Positions 24,681 through 36,925 of a stretch of 64,000 nt of DNA are shown here, one piece after another. The DNA is from Mobula hypostoma (taxonomy: Eukaryota). Numbering within the stretch: position 1 is the first letter of the stretch; the number at the start of each line of letters is the position of its first letter. A program made the translations under genes and the position numbers. Location: positions 174,718,001-174,782,000 of the forward strand of contig NC_086097.1 of NCBI RefSeq assembly GCF_963921235.1, written 5' to 3'. The notes beneath the pieces are model-generated. The model did not search any database, had not been told where the DNA came from, and saw only the letters and a program-made list of their open reading frames with translations.

Positions 24681-25829
24681 AAAAATCATAAGTCTCAAAA
24701 ATCACCACCAAATTCCTGCAAGCCGTTCATTGCCATGTTTTTGGAAAGATTTTTTCCATCATTTGACAGGCAGGGAGAGATATTGGTCTGTGGTCACCAG
24801 CTGTAAACATCTGGGGGTGTTTCACTGCTGGGTGTATCACCTCCTAACATCTGGCTCCGATAACTTCAGTGGGATGGAATGTCAAGTCCAAGATATGACT
24901 GGTGACTGACTCCTCGTTTAGCCCTGGTAACCAAAGACTAGTTTTGCCCTGATAACTTTTTAAAATAGGGAAACATCTGCATAGGAAACACAAGGTCACT
25001 GAGGCAGCTCCACCAGCAAGGTCAAACTTGAAAACAGCTGCATGGGAAACGCAACCAATCTGGAATGCCTTCGGGTTGGGGCAAATTTGAGTTCCAAATC
25101 CCAGAGAAAGCTGAATCCCAGAAAATGAGGATAATAATCTGTGGACTAATTAGAATGCAGCACAGAGACCAAACAACTACATGCACAAGTTGCTCAAAAG
25201 TTTTCCTTCTAATGTATCCAAGAATTGGAGTAACCATTTAACAATGCAGAACATGTAAGTTACACCTTAATGCAATGTTAATTTCAACATACATTTCCAA
25301 TGCCTTTTTGATGGGTGATGTTTAGTTAATTTTATCTCAAATACTTTCACTCCCTCACTATGAGGTTGCCTAACTAAAAAATTCCTTTGGAGTTGAGTAA
25401 AGCCTGGCATCCATTGTAATCATTTATCAGCCAGCTATCTTACACAATGGAACTGTAAACATTACAAAGTATAAACACATTGCATAGACATGGCCTCATC
25501 ACACACAGCAGAAACATATGTGTCCTTCTGTGCCGTGTTACCAAGAAAAGCATGCCCCAAACAAACCCCCAACAAGACTAATGAGTTTGCTAATGCTGAT
25601 AAAGGAATGAATTTTCACATGTTGTCTCAACAAGTCAGGACAGTAGAGATTTTAAGCAGTATCCTCTCAAACTAGAGAGATGAGGGGTCATTTTAACCTA
25701 ATACACATCTTCAGAAAAGACCTGAAGTTCCATGAGGATGGGAAGATGTTTCAATAATTGTTCCGTTAGTGACTGGTATTGACCTGGTACACAGAATATT
25801 TTGGGATGTAACTCACCCTCCGGTGTCAA

Positions 25830-26435
25830 AATGGTTGTTGAGATGCATCTAGTGTGGTAGTGTAGTGGGTAGTGCTTGTCATTCTCACTTTCAACTTCCA
25901 CCGCTGGCTAGCAGTCTTGTGAAAAGGACAGCTGAATGTGTAAGTCTCTCCCTGCCAGTACATAGCCTCACCAACAGCAAGCCTCGTGTAGTGCCTCCTC
26001 GCTGGCGACACACAGAAACTGAATCCTTTCAGACTCAGGCTGAGGATGGGGAGGAGGTCTGGCCCCTCCATATGTAGCATGCAGGCCCACCGGCGTGTGG
26101 ACATGCCCTGGTGCTCATGAATCAGATCCCCAGCTATGGGTTAATAGCCTCACTACCTTGTGGGCTGCCTCGGGAGAGACAAAGGCTACATGAGTAAACC
26201 CAGATACCAAGTCCAGAGTGGAGCCTCTAAAGCAGCTGGGAGTTATTGAACATCCTTCTGACAATTCGTGCAGCCAAGGTGGTGCCAAACACATTGCCTC
26301 CTAAGCTTTCCTTTGGACTACACTGGTGAGGTCGAGAGGGGGATCTTGACAACTGGGCATCTCAGGATCTCCATACCTTCCATCCAGGCTTGTGCTGATG
26401 GTGATGGTCACCTATTGTCCTTTGGGACAGATCCT
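25830..26435 (+). mobile_element. Non-autonomous RTE-derived element (5'UTR joined to a 3'-tail-like end, no ORF)
   Basis: RTE 5'UTR-like motifs (gagtaaaccc..ggtgccaaac..tcctttggac..gagagggggatcttgac..ctgggca..ctccatac..ccaggcttgtgc), homologous to the body of the 30697-30999 SINE. Confidence 0.6.
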
Positions 26436-26489
26436 GAGGTCTCACACCATCAAGTTTCAAGGATGTGGAGACTGTAGGTCTACCAGGGT

Positions 26490-26945
26490 GCTGCTTGGAT
26501 TATAAAGCATGATCTATAAGGAAAAATTGAACACAGTTGGGCTGCTTTCAAACGTTTTTAGAGGCTGAAGGTGACCCGGTAGAAGTGTATAAAGTTATGA
26601 GTACTATAGATAAACATGTAAAATCTTTTTCTGAGGGTAGAACTGTCAAGTTCTAAGGACGTGTATTTAAGGTGAGGTGAGAGGGAACTTTAAAGGAGAT
26701 GTGTGGGACAAGTTTACTTTACATAGAGTGATGGGTGCCTGGTACAGGCTGCCCTGGTGTAGTGATAGAGGCAAATATGGCAGTTGCATTTAAGAGTTTG
26801 TTAGACACATGAATATGCAGGGATTGGAAGGATAAGGATCACCTACAGGCAGAAGAGATTTAATTTAATTCAATTCAGCATCATGTTCAGTACAGACATC
26901 ATGGGCCAAAATGCCTATTTCTTTGCTGAACTGTTCTATGTTCTG
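26490..26945 (+). mobile_element. Old CR1 3' fragment
   Basis: Decayed ORF2 C-terminus and a catcatgggccaaa..ctgttctatgttct tail. Confidence 0.7.
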
Positions 26946-27156
26946 AATCTTTCTCAAGAAATTGTCCTTTCAAAAAAAACATTGAAGACATTGCATGAGT
27001 TTAATTTGTTGAACTTTATAGAGACTTCTGTTAAGTAGATTCTGTGAACTGTTTATTGCTGTGTCCCATTTAAATAAGTGTTTGTTTAGAAAGTCAATGA
27101 ATGTCATTATAAAACAGAATGCAGTAAATTGTTTTGTTGATTTCAGACATGGACTT

Positions 27157-29270
27157 AGAACCAAGAAACTACAGCACAGAAACAGGCCCTTTGGCCCTTC
27201 TTGGCTGTGCCGAACCATTTTCTGCCTAGTCCCACTGACCTGCACATGGACCATATCCCTCCATACACCTCCCATCCGTGTATCTGTCCAATTTATTCTT
27301 AAATGTTAAAAAAGAACCCGCATTCACCACCTCATCTGGCAGCTCATTCCATACTCCCACCACTCTCTGTGTGGAGAAGCCCCCCCTAATGTTCCCTTTA
27401 AACTTTTCCCCCCTCACCCTTAACCCATGTCCTCTGGTTTTTTTCTCCCCTTGCCTCAGTGGAAAAAGCCTGCTTGCATTCACTCTATCTATACCCATCA
27501 TAATTTTATATACCTCTATCAAATCTCCCCTCATTCTTCTATACTCCAGGGAATAAAGTCCTAACCTATTCGACCTTTCTCTGTAACTGAGTTTCTCAAG
27601 TCCCGGCAACATCCTTGTAAACCTTCTCTGCACTCTTTCAACCTTATTTATATCCTTCCTGTAATTTGGTGATCAAAACTGAACACAATACTCCAGATTC
27701 GGCCTCACCAATGCCTTATACAACCTCATCATAACATTCCAGCTCTTATACTCAATACTTCGATTAATAAAGGCCAATGTACCAAAAGCTCTCTTTACGA
27801 CCCTATCTACCTGTGACGACACTTTTAGGGAATTTTGTATCTGTATTCCCAGATCCCTCTGTTCCACTGCACTCCTCAGTGCCTTACCATTAACCTTGTA
27901 TGTTCTATGTTGGTTTGTCCTTCCAACGTGCAATACCTCACACTTGTCAGTATTAAACTCCATCTGCCATTTTTCAGCCCATTTTTCCAGATGGTCCAAG
28001 TCCCTCTGCAGGCTCTGAAAACCTTCCTCACTGTCTATTACACCTCCAATCTTTGTATCATCAGCAAACTTGCTGATCCAATTTACCACATTATCATCCA
28101 GATCATTGATATAGATGACAAATAACAATGGACCCAGCACTAATCCCGTGGCACACCACTAGTCACAGGCCTCCACTCAGAGAAGCAATTTTCTACCACC
28201 ACTCTCTGGCTTCTTCCATCGAGCCAATGTCCAATCCAATTTACCACCTCTCCATGAATACCTAGTGACTGAATTTTCCTAACTAACCTCCCATGCGGGA
28301 CCTTGTCAAAGGCCTTACTGAAGTCCATGTAGACAATGTCCACTGCCTTCCCTTCATCCACTTTCCTGGTAACGTCCTCGAAAAACTCCAATAGATTGGT
28401 CAAACATGACCTACCACGCACAAAGCCATGTTGACTCTCCCTAATAAGCCCCTGTCTATCCAAATGCTTGTAGATTCTGTCTCTTAGTACTCCCTCCAAT
28501 AACTTACCTACTACTGACGTTAAACTCACTGGCCTATAATTTCCCGGATTACTTTTCGATCCTTTTTTAAACAACGGAACAACATGAGCCACTCTCCAAT
28601 CCTCCGGCACTTCACCCGTAGACAGCGACATTTTAAATATTTCTGCCAGGGCCCCCGCAATTTCAACACTAGTCTCCTTCAAGGTCCGAGGGAACACTCT
28701 GTCAGGTCCCGGGGATTTATCCACTTTAATTTTCCTCAAGACAGCAAGCGTCTCCTCCTTTTCGATCTGTACAGTTTCCATGGTCTCACTACTTGTTTCC
28801 CTCAATTCCATAGATTTCATGCCAGCTTCCTTAGTAAATACAGACGCAAAAAACCTATTTAAGATCTCCCCCATTTCCTTTGGTTCCGCACAAAGCCGAC
28901 CACTCTGATCTTCAAGAGGACCAATTTTATCCCTTACAATCCTTTTGCTCTTAATATACTTGTAAAAGCTCTTTGGATTATCCTTCACTTTGACTGCCAA
29001 GGCAACCTCATGTCTTCTTTTTGCCCTCCTGATTTCTTTCTTAAGTATTTTCTTACACTTCTTATACTCCTCAAGCACCTGATTTACCCCCGTTTCCTAT
29101 ACATTTCATACAAATCCCTCTTCTTCTTTATCAGAGTTGCAATATCCCTTGAGAACCAAGGTTCCTTATTCCTATTCAATTTGCCTTTAATCCTGACAGG
29201 AACATACAAACTCTGCACTCTCAAAATTTCCCCTTTGAAGGCTTCCCACCTACCAATCACATCTTTGCCA
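27157..29270 (-). mobile_element. CR1 LINE, 5'-truncated, young (same family as 4936-9302)
   Basis: TSD GACTT at 27152-27156 and 29271-29275. ORF2 pieces of 312, 155 and 135 aa include [21 protein letters not shown] and KFADD. Confidence 0.95.
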
Positions 29271-30646
29271 GACTTCTCTGGCAAAACTGGCTAAAAGTCA
29301 CTGCATCATGGGGATGAGTCACATATCAGCTAACCCAGAGTTAACGCACACAAAATGCTGGAGGAACTCAGCAGGTCAGGCAGTATCTATGGACAGGAAT
29401 AAACTATCAACATATCAGACCAAGACTCTTCGGCAGTGTCCTGGGGAAAATAAAATGGGGTAGGGAAGGATTAGTTATTGGTTCAGACTCAGTGGGTTGA
29501 AGAATCCGTTTCTGTGCTGTACTCTCTCTGCCATCATCTTTCAACACTTATCTGAGCTTTATTCATGTTCTTGTCCTGGAGCTGGCAGGGACTTCAGTCA
29601 GAGACCAGCACATTCATGTACATTTCATAGTTGAGAGAGCATTTGGGTTGGGATCTCTGGAGGACTGTCCATTCCTGATTTAGCAACTATGCCTCCAGCT
29701 CAGCCTACTTCCCTCTATGCAACATGAGCCAATACCAAAGCTTGTATATGATATCTTTACATAGCACCAATTCTCCAAGGTTGGTCCCTCTCTAGACAGA
29801 CTTGCATGCCATCTGTACAAATCATTTCATTACATCAGAGCACTGAGGTAGTGCATGGGAAAATGATAACAGAATGCAAAATAAAGTGTTACAGCTGCAG
29901 AGCAAGTGCAGTGCAGGTAGACGATAAGGTGCAAGACCATAATGAGGTAGATTGTGAGGTCAAGAGTCTATCTTATCATACCAGAAGCCTTCAATAATCT
30001 GATAACAGTGGGGTAGAATCGGTCCTTTAGCCTGGTGTCATGTGCTTTTAGGCTTTTGCATGATGGAAAGGAGAGAAGACCATGGTGGATGGGCTCTTTG
30101 ATTATGTTGGTTGATTTACAGAGGCAGTGAGAAATATAGACAGAGTTCATCGAGGGGAAGCTGGTTTCAGTGATGTACAGAGCTGTGACCTCAACTCTTG
30201 GCAGTTTCTTGTGGCCACAGGCAGGGCAGTAGCCATACCAATTCATGATCTTGGTTGGGTTTGGAGATTCTGACTGGAAAACTTCTGAACATCCATCATG
30301 GACTGCCGAACACAGAAATTCAAGGCTTACTGAGTGAGAGAATGAGCTACAATCGTCACAGTGACTCCCCACTGCTACCAACTGCCACAGACACTTCACT
30401 CTACCTAGCTTTGGAGAGAGCACATTGCTACTGGCACCAAAATAAACTGATATTGTGACCCATGCAAGTTTCCTAGCATCAGTCTAAATCAGTGAGATTT
30501 TCAAACCATTCCCTGTTAATTGTGGCTGAAATCCCCACACCACACAGGGAAATAAAAGTGAATGTTCAGAGAGTTCCAAATTCCCAGAGAAAATCTGTAT
30601 TGAAATTTCAGTGTTTTTAATTAATTTTGCATGTATTTGTTTCAGT

Positions 30647-31518
30647 TAGATTTTTTAAAAACGTCTAAAAATGATGATGCTTACTGAAGTACTCATGGCA
30701 TCCGTTAGTCTTGCGAGACTATGGATATGTGCCTGGAAAGTCTTCACTCTCCCGGGCGCAGGCCTGGGCAAGGTTGTATGGAAAACCGGCAGTTGCCCAT
30801 GCTGCAAGTCTTCCCTCTCCACGACACCGATGTTGTGCAAGGGAAGGGCAAGGGCTGATACAGCTTGGTACCAGTGTTGTTGCAGAGCACTGTGTGGTTA
30901 AGTGCCTTGCTCAAGGACACAACATGCTGCCTCAGCTGGGGCTCGAACTCACAACCTTCAGATCACTAGTCAAATGCCTTAACCACTTGGCCACATGCCA
31001 ACGTTAAAGATAAAAGGAAACGTTTTTAAACAGATATTACTTTGGATACTGGTATTGCTTGCTGTTTAGTGACTGCAGCTTGCTGCTTACACTGATTCAG
31101 GCCCCACAAATGGTGCTGGGAGCCCTTATCCCAGTGGTAGAGCCCGGCAGGGGTCCAGGCAGGAACCAACGGCGCAGCCCAGGAGCCATTTCAGAGCACT
31201 GGCACATTTGCCTCAGTTATCAAAAGTACAGCAAATCTTTGGCAAGGCTAACACGACATCTCTCTTCATTGCTATGGGAACTGTATACAGAAGTAGGGAT
31301 GATATATAGGGCCCATCAGGAGCACTGTATACAGTGTTGTACAGATGGGAGGGGGGAGAAGAGTCACAAAAGGCACCGATAAGTGGCAACTCTTTAGGTA
31401 CAGCTATATTGGGAATCATCAGATATTCCTGTTTAGGACTACTACAGCTGAAATCCACAGTCATTGTCATGAGTACTTCAGTAAGCAACATCATTTTTAG
31501 ACGTTTTTAAAAAATCTA
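30647..31518. repeat. 51-bp inverted repeat pair (30647-30697 and 31468-31518)
   Basis: The arms are reverse complements at 50 of 51 positions (tagattttttaaaaacgtctaaaaatgatg[a/t]tgcttactgaagtactcatg). Confidence 0.95.
30697..30999 (-). mobile_element. tRNA-derived CORE-like SINE with an RTE-derived body and tail
   Basis: Minus strand: GGCATGTGGCCAAGTGGTTAAGGC (A box), GAGTTCGAGCCC (B box), GTGTCCTTGAGCAAGGCACTTAACC (CORE-like), an RTE 5'UTR-like body, and a tail CCATAGTCTCGCAAGACTAACGGATGCC. Confidence 0.78.
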
Positions 31519-31519
31519 T

Positions 31520-32600
31520 CAATCCTCAAAATGGGATGGCAGATTTCGGGCACACGTGCAGTTCCTATTAAAGAAAATGGAAGCGGCAAAGGCCCACAGA
31601 TCTACAGGCTCAATTGAAACACACAAGCTTAGGAACTTTTCCCCCCAAAACCCACCTCCCCCACCACCACCACTAATGTACAGTCACTGGAAAATGAAGC
31701 TGAAGATCTCAGAGCAAGATTGCAGCACCAGAGGGACATCAGGGACTGCTGTATACTTTACCTTATTGAAACATGGCTCACCCCTGCCATCTTGGGCGTA
31801 GCACTGCAGCCTGATGACTTCACCATTCTTCACAAAGACGGGTCAGTTGAGGCTTTTAAAAGTAGAAGGGGGGAGTGTGCTTCATGATAAACTCATCACT
31901 GTGCACATGATGGTTTTGTCTCGGTCCTGCTCACTCAACCTGGAACATCCAGCAGTCAAGAGTCATCCATTTTATCTGCCGAGGGAATTTTCCACCATCG
32001 TCCTGGTAGCAGTGTATGTTCCACCTCAGGCCAGTGCCATGCAGCACTGGAGGAGCTGAGTAACGTGATCAGCAGTCATGGAAGTGTTTGAGTAGACTTG
32101 GTATTTCACCAAAGATTCTCACAAATTTTTACATAGGTACTGTGGAAAACATCTGGCCAGGAGGGGTAATTTCATGGGATTGGAAAAAGCTGAAGGAAGT
32201 CACAAACTCAACCAGCACTAGTCTCCCCGGCATCAAGGACATCGTCAAAAAGCGATGCCTCAGAATGGCGACATCCATCATTAAAGGCCCACATCGCCCA
32301 GGACGTATCCTCTTCTCAGTGCAACCATCCAGGAGGTACAGAAGCCTGAAGATGCACAGTCAACATTTTAGGACAGCTTCTTCCCCACCACCATCAGCTT
32401 TCTGAATGGACAATGAACCTATGAACACCACCTCCCTATCTTTTTCTTCTTTTTTTGCTCTCTTTTTGCACAACACACTTAATTTTTAAATATCTATTTC
32501 TTATTATAATTTATAGTTTTTAATGTATTGCAATGCACTGCTGCAGCAAAACAGCATACTCCATGACATATGCCAGAGACGCTAAACTTCATTCTGGCTC
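31520..32600 (+). mobile_element. Internally deleted Rex1-like element (EN fragment joined to the 3' end)
   Basis: LEHPAVKSHPFYLPREFSTIVLVAVYVPPQA (EN) followed by SIIKGPHRPG..PSRRYRSLK (C-terminus). Confidence 0.7.
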
Positions 32601-32994
32601 TGACAAGATAATGTCCGGGGTGGGTGGGGCCTTTGATTATGCTGATTGCTTTTCTGAGGCAGTATGAGGTACAGCCAGAATCCATAGAAAGGAAGCTGAT
32701 TTTCATGATGTGGATGTCAGTGGTAATACCACTGATTAACTGATTTTGAACAACCGCAATGGCTGGTCTGGAGTCCTCTCAAGGCCTGACAGTTTTAAGG
32801 AGAGTGGAACTCCCTCCATAAAGGGCATTTGTGTACAGACACACTGTTACAACAATCCAGTAGGTTTGAGGTCACCGTGACTAAGAAAGATTTCATTTGA
32901 GATTTAGTTATTTAATTGAATTTAAGAAGTTCTTGTCTCTAGATCAATGGGCCAATCTTTAGCTGCAGGTCCAGTTATTTAACAACTACAAAGA

Positions 32995-33165
32995 CACCAG
33001 ATGCAAAGATCTGGAGCAACAAACAAACTGCTGGAGGGGCTCAATGAGTTAAGCATCTATGGGAGGAAAGGAATTCCTGAGGCAGGGTTTCAGATCAAAT
33101 CATCAACAAACCTTTCCTCCCACAGATGCTGGTCAACCCACTGAGCTCCTCTAGTAGTTTGTTAC
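32995..33165. mobile_element. Palindromic Penelope-derived short repeat
   Basis: aacaaactgctggaggggctc..agcatctatgggaggaaagg is inverted against cctttcctcccacagatgct..gagctcctctagtagtttgtt. Confidence 0.65.
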
Positions 33166-33339
33166 ACTGAACCACGACAGTTCCTTAAGCTATTTTGCAC
33201 ACAGTTCAAAATGTAGACTGAAGAGCCACACTGGTCTCCAAACTAATCTTCTCCATGTAAGAATAAGGTTAGGAAGAGGTCATTCATTCCCTTGGATCTA
33301 CTCCATCATTCAAAAGATCATGGCTAACCTTCTAGCTGA

Positions 33340-33800
33340 CCCTAACCACTTAGAACACAGTACAGCACAGCTTTGGACAGGCTATTTGGCCCAAAATGCT
33401 GTGCCAATGTTGACGCCGATATACACGAACTGTCCTCCGCTCGTGTATCCATATCCCTCCATTCCTTCATATTCATGTCAATCAAAAAGCCTCTTAAACT
33501 CTACCAAACTGTTTGTTTCCACAACTATCCCGATAAATCATTTCAGGTACCTATTCCACTCTGCATTAAATATTGTCCCCCATGTTGTCTTAAATATCCC
33601 CCTCTAACATTTAAAGCCTTCCTTTAGAATTTGACAATTCTATCCTGGGCTAACGGATCTGACTGTATACCCTATCTATGTCTCCCCTCAGCCTCTGACA
33701 CTCTAGGGAGAGCAATCCAGGTTTGTACAACCTTGCCTTAGAGCTGATCTCCTCTAAACCAGGCAGCATCATGGTGAAACTCTTCTTTAGCTATTCCTTG
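33340..33800 (-). mobile_element. Old CR1 3' fragment
   Basis: tagaacacagtacagcacag tail and ccaggcagcatcatggtgaaactcttct. Confidence 0.65.
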
Positions 33801-34079
33801 GATCCCCATGCCCACCATCCCAATATCACTCAATTGCCAATATATACTTGTCAGGTATATTGTGATGAGTATATTCTTGCTGTCTGGATATTTAATGATG
33901 GTAAGTCTTGGCAAAGAAACTTTCCCAACTCTAAAAACACTTTTCCTCATCACTCCTTGTAACTTCTCCAAGCAAGAAACTGCAGGGAGTTTTGCACACG
34001 GCTTACCACATCATGGAAACTGGCCTATTTTCCATGCACTAGGTCTACATTTCTCACTGTCTCAGTAAAAAAGCCAGAA

Positions 34080-35755
34080 CAATTAAAGGCCTCACCCATG
34101 CAGGTCATATTCTCTTATCCCCTCTTGTATTAGGCAGGATATACAAAACCCTGGAAGCACATAGGACCAGGCTCAAGGAAAGCTTTGACTCCACTGTTGT
34201 AAGACGATTAAATGGTTCTTGATCTCAGAATCTACTTCCTTATGATATTTCATCATACTGTTTACCTGCACTGCACATTCACTGTGGCCGTTACACTTTA
34301 TTCTGCATTCTGTTACTGTTTTACCTTGTTCTACTTCGATGCACTGTAATGATTTGATCAGTATGCAAGACAAGCTTTCCACTGTTTTTTGGCATTTGTA
34401 ACAAAAATAAACCAATTCAAATCCCAGATGACACAAAAGCCTGAAAGCACACACCACCAGGCTTGAGGACAGCTTCTACACCACTGTTATAAAACCACTG
34501 AACAGAACCCTGGTACAATAAGAAAGACTCTTAACCTCACTATCTATCATGTGTGGCCTTGTACCTTGCGGTCTACCTGCACTGCACCTTCTCTGTAGCT
34601 GTTGCACTTTATTCTGCATTCTATTATTGTTTTACCTTGTACTATGTTATTACACAGCTATAATGAAATGATTTGTGTCAGGAGTATGTAAGAGAAGTTT
34701 TTCACTGTACTTCGGTGTATGTGATGATCATAATAAACCAATTACCTTGTCTGCTTCCCAATTGTAGACCAGTTTTGGGCTTTGTACAAGTATCCTATCT
34801 TTACCTTTACTCTTCTCCCACAAACAGAAAGAAAGAATCTGAACCCTATGGCATTTTACATAGTAATCTCTTACTAGCTCTTCTTTCAGTTGGTCCTGAC
34901 AAAGGGTCTCCGCCCGAAACGTCGACTGTACCTCTTCCTAGAGATGCTGCCTGGCCTGCTGCGCTCACCAGCAACTTTGATGTGTGTTGCTTGAATTTCC
35001 AGCATCTGCAGAATTCCTCGTGTTCGCCTGTTGCATTTTAGATGGCACAAATTTAAGGAGAATGACAATGGGCTGGATGTGAAATGCAGAATGTAATTAT
35101 GTTGTTGTGATCTTGATTGGTGCTGCAAAAGGGAAAATTAATTTTCCAATAGCAAACTGGATAAATAAGAAAAAATATGCAAAAAGTATGTCAATGGAGA
35201 AAGAGCATTGATTAGAGTGGTTCCTTTAAGAAATTTGCAGATAGAAACGATAGGCTGTTCTCCTCATAGCTAAAGTAGCTGCGAAGTGATCCTTTAAGAT
35301 CAAGAGGTGAGTAGAAAGGACTGATCGGGGGAGTTGTGGACATTTAGAACATCAGTCTCCCCTCCACGGATCCAGTCTGTGCTTCTCGCTGCCTTGGAGA
35401 AGCAGCCAACCTAATCAAAGACCCCTCCCACCTTGGACATTTTCTCTTCTCCCCTTTCACATCAGGCAGAAGATCCAAGAACCAGGCTCAAGGACAGCTT
35501 TTATCTTGCTGCTCTGAGACTGTTAAACAGGTCTCTTGTATGATAAAATGGACTCCTGACCTGACAATTACTTTGTCACGGCCTTGCGCCTTATTTGTCT
35601 GCCTGCACTGTACATTCTCTGCAACTGTAACATTATATTCTGCATTTGTTACTGATTTACCCTGCACGACCTTGAAGTACTAATATAGTGAAATGAACAA
35701 ACAACAATGTTTTTCAATGTAGCTCAGTACATGTGACAGTTATCAACCAATTACC
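34080..35755 (+). mobile_element. Cluster of Rex1-like 3' tails (about 34080-34420, 34430-34745 and 35355-35755)
   Basis: Repeated accaggctcaagga(c)agctt..ctgcactg..tattctgcatt..aataaaccaatt module. Confidence 0.65.
34880..35025 (+). mobile_element. Penelope-derived short repeat with a hammerhead-like motif
   Basis: ggtcCTGACAAagggtctccgcccGAAAcgtcgactg, followed by gatgctgcctggcctgctg..ccagcatctgcag. Confidence 0.65.
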
Positions 35756-36925
35756 AAAGGGCTGATTAGAACTGGGCACTAATTTAAGGTGAACGGAAGG
35801 AGTTTAGAGAAAAAGCTACTCAGCGAGTGGTGTTCAGGGTCGGTGTCTACTGCCTGTAGGGTGGTGAAAATTGATTCAACAGCAGTGTTCAAAGGAGCTA
35901 TCAGGAAAAACACTGACCATTGGGAACAAGCAGAACTGCCAACCTAACTAAACTGCTCTTTCAAAGGGTGATTACAGAGGGGATGGGCCAAATGGCCTTA
36001 CTTTGCTGTACCATTCTATGATTCTGTGATAGTTGTAGATGGGTGAAGTTCCTTACTCAACTCTTAATTATGTTCTCAGAAATTACCTATTAATGTTGAA
36101 ACACAGATCAGCTTCTGATCTCTCATCTTTTTATTTGGGGTCCTGTGCCAGAGCTGTTTAATCAATTGCAATTTTCAAAGGCAATAACAAGGCTAATTAT
36201 GGTCATGAGAGGAATCAGTAACCTTTTTCAGCTGTGGGCAATAACAAACTCCCAGCTGAGAAAATTCCATGTCCAACCTCCATAAATAACATTATTACAC
36301 CAGGGAGGGGGTTTGATTTGCTTCGTATTTGGCACTCAACCCCCAGAGGAGCAAGGAAGCATCTCTTCTTCAGCAAGCATCCAAACCACATGAAATTTGG
36401 CTTCATGTAATTTGGAAAAAAAAAGTATCAAAAGAAGTTGGATCATTGTTGCTTTAATCTCATAATCCTGCCAAGTGTTCCCATGTGGATATGGAGGGCA
36501 GGGATGTGGGAGGAGGGGTGGGGACGGGGTAAAACGGTGGAATAATATGCCTAAGATTTACAAGGGAAGGAATGATTAAGCTTTCAGAGGAGACATTCAC
36601 CCTGTTTTTTGTCTTTCAGAAAGCCTGTTGCATTAAGTGTGTGGCCATCTGCTGTATAACAGTGCTCACCCTGACATGAAGTTGGACTGATTTCTGTACA
36701 AGCTGACATAATCAAGCAACCCTCTAGGATCATTTTAACAATAAATATTTCTTCTTCAGCCTGCAGTTTTATAAGTTTCCTCTTTCTGGGAATATACCGA
36801 ATACTGAAATTCAAAATGACTCCAAACTCCAAGGCAGAGCTTGGAAATGGAAATAGACAGTTTGGAAAAGTCATCTTGCACAATTTCAGGAGGTCCCAAA
36901 GAAAGTATTAAAGCCAATTATTTTG

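Noticed and set aside
30925..30999. tRNA gene
   Set aside because: A and B boxes are present, but the sequence continues into a SINE body with no convincing cloverleaf. The same applies to 36926-37015.
36584..36883. 99-aa ORF in unique DNA
   Set aside because: No recognisable motif, and the length is compatible with chance.
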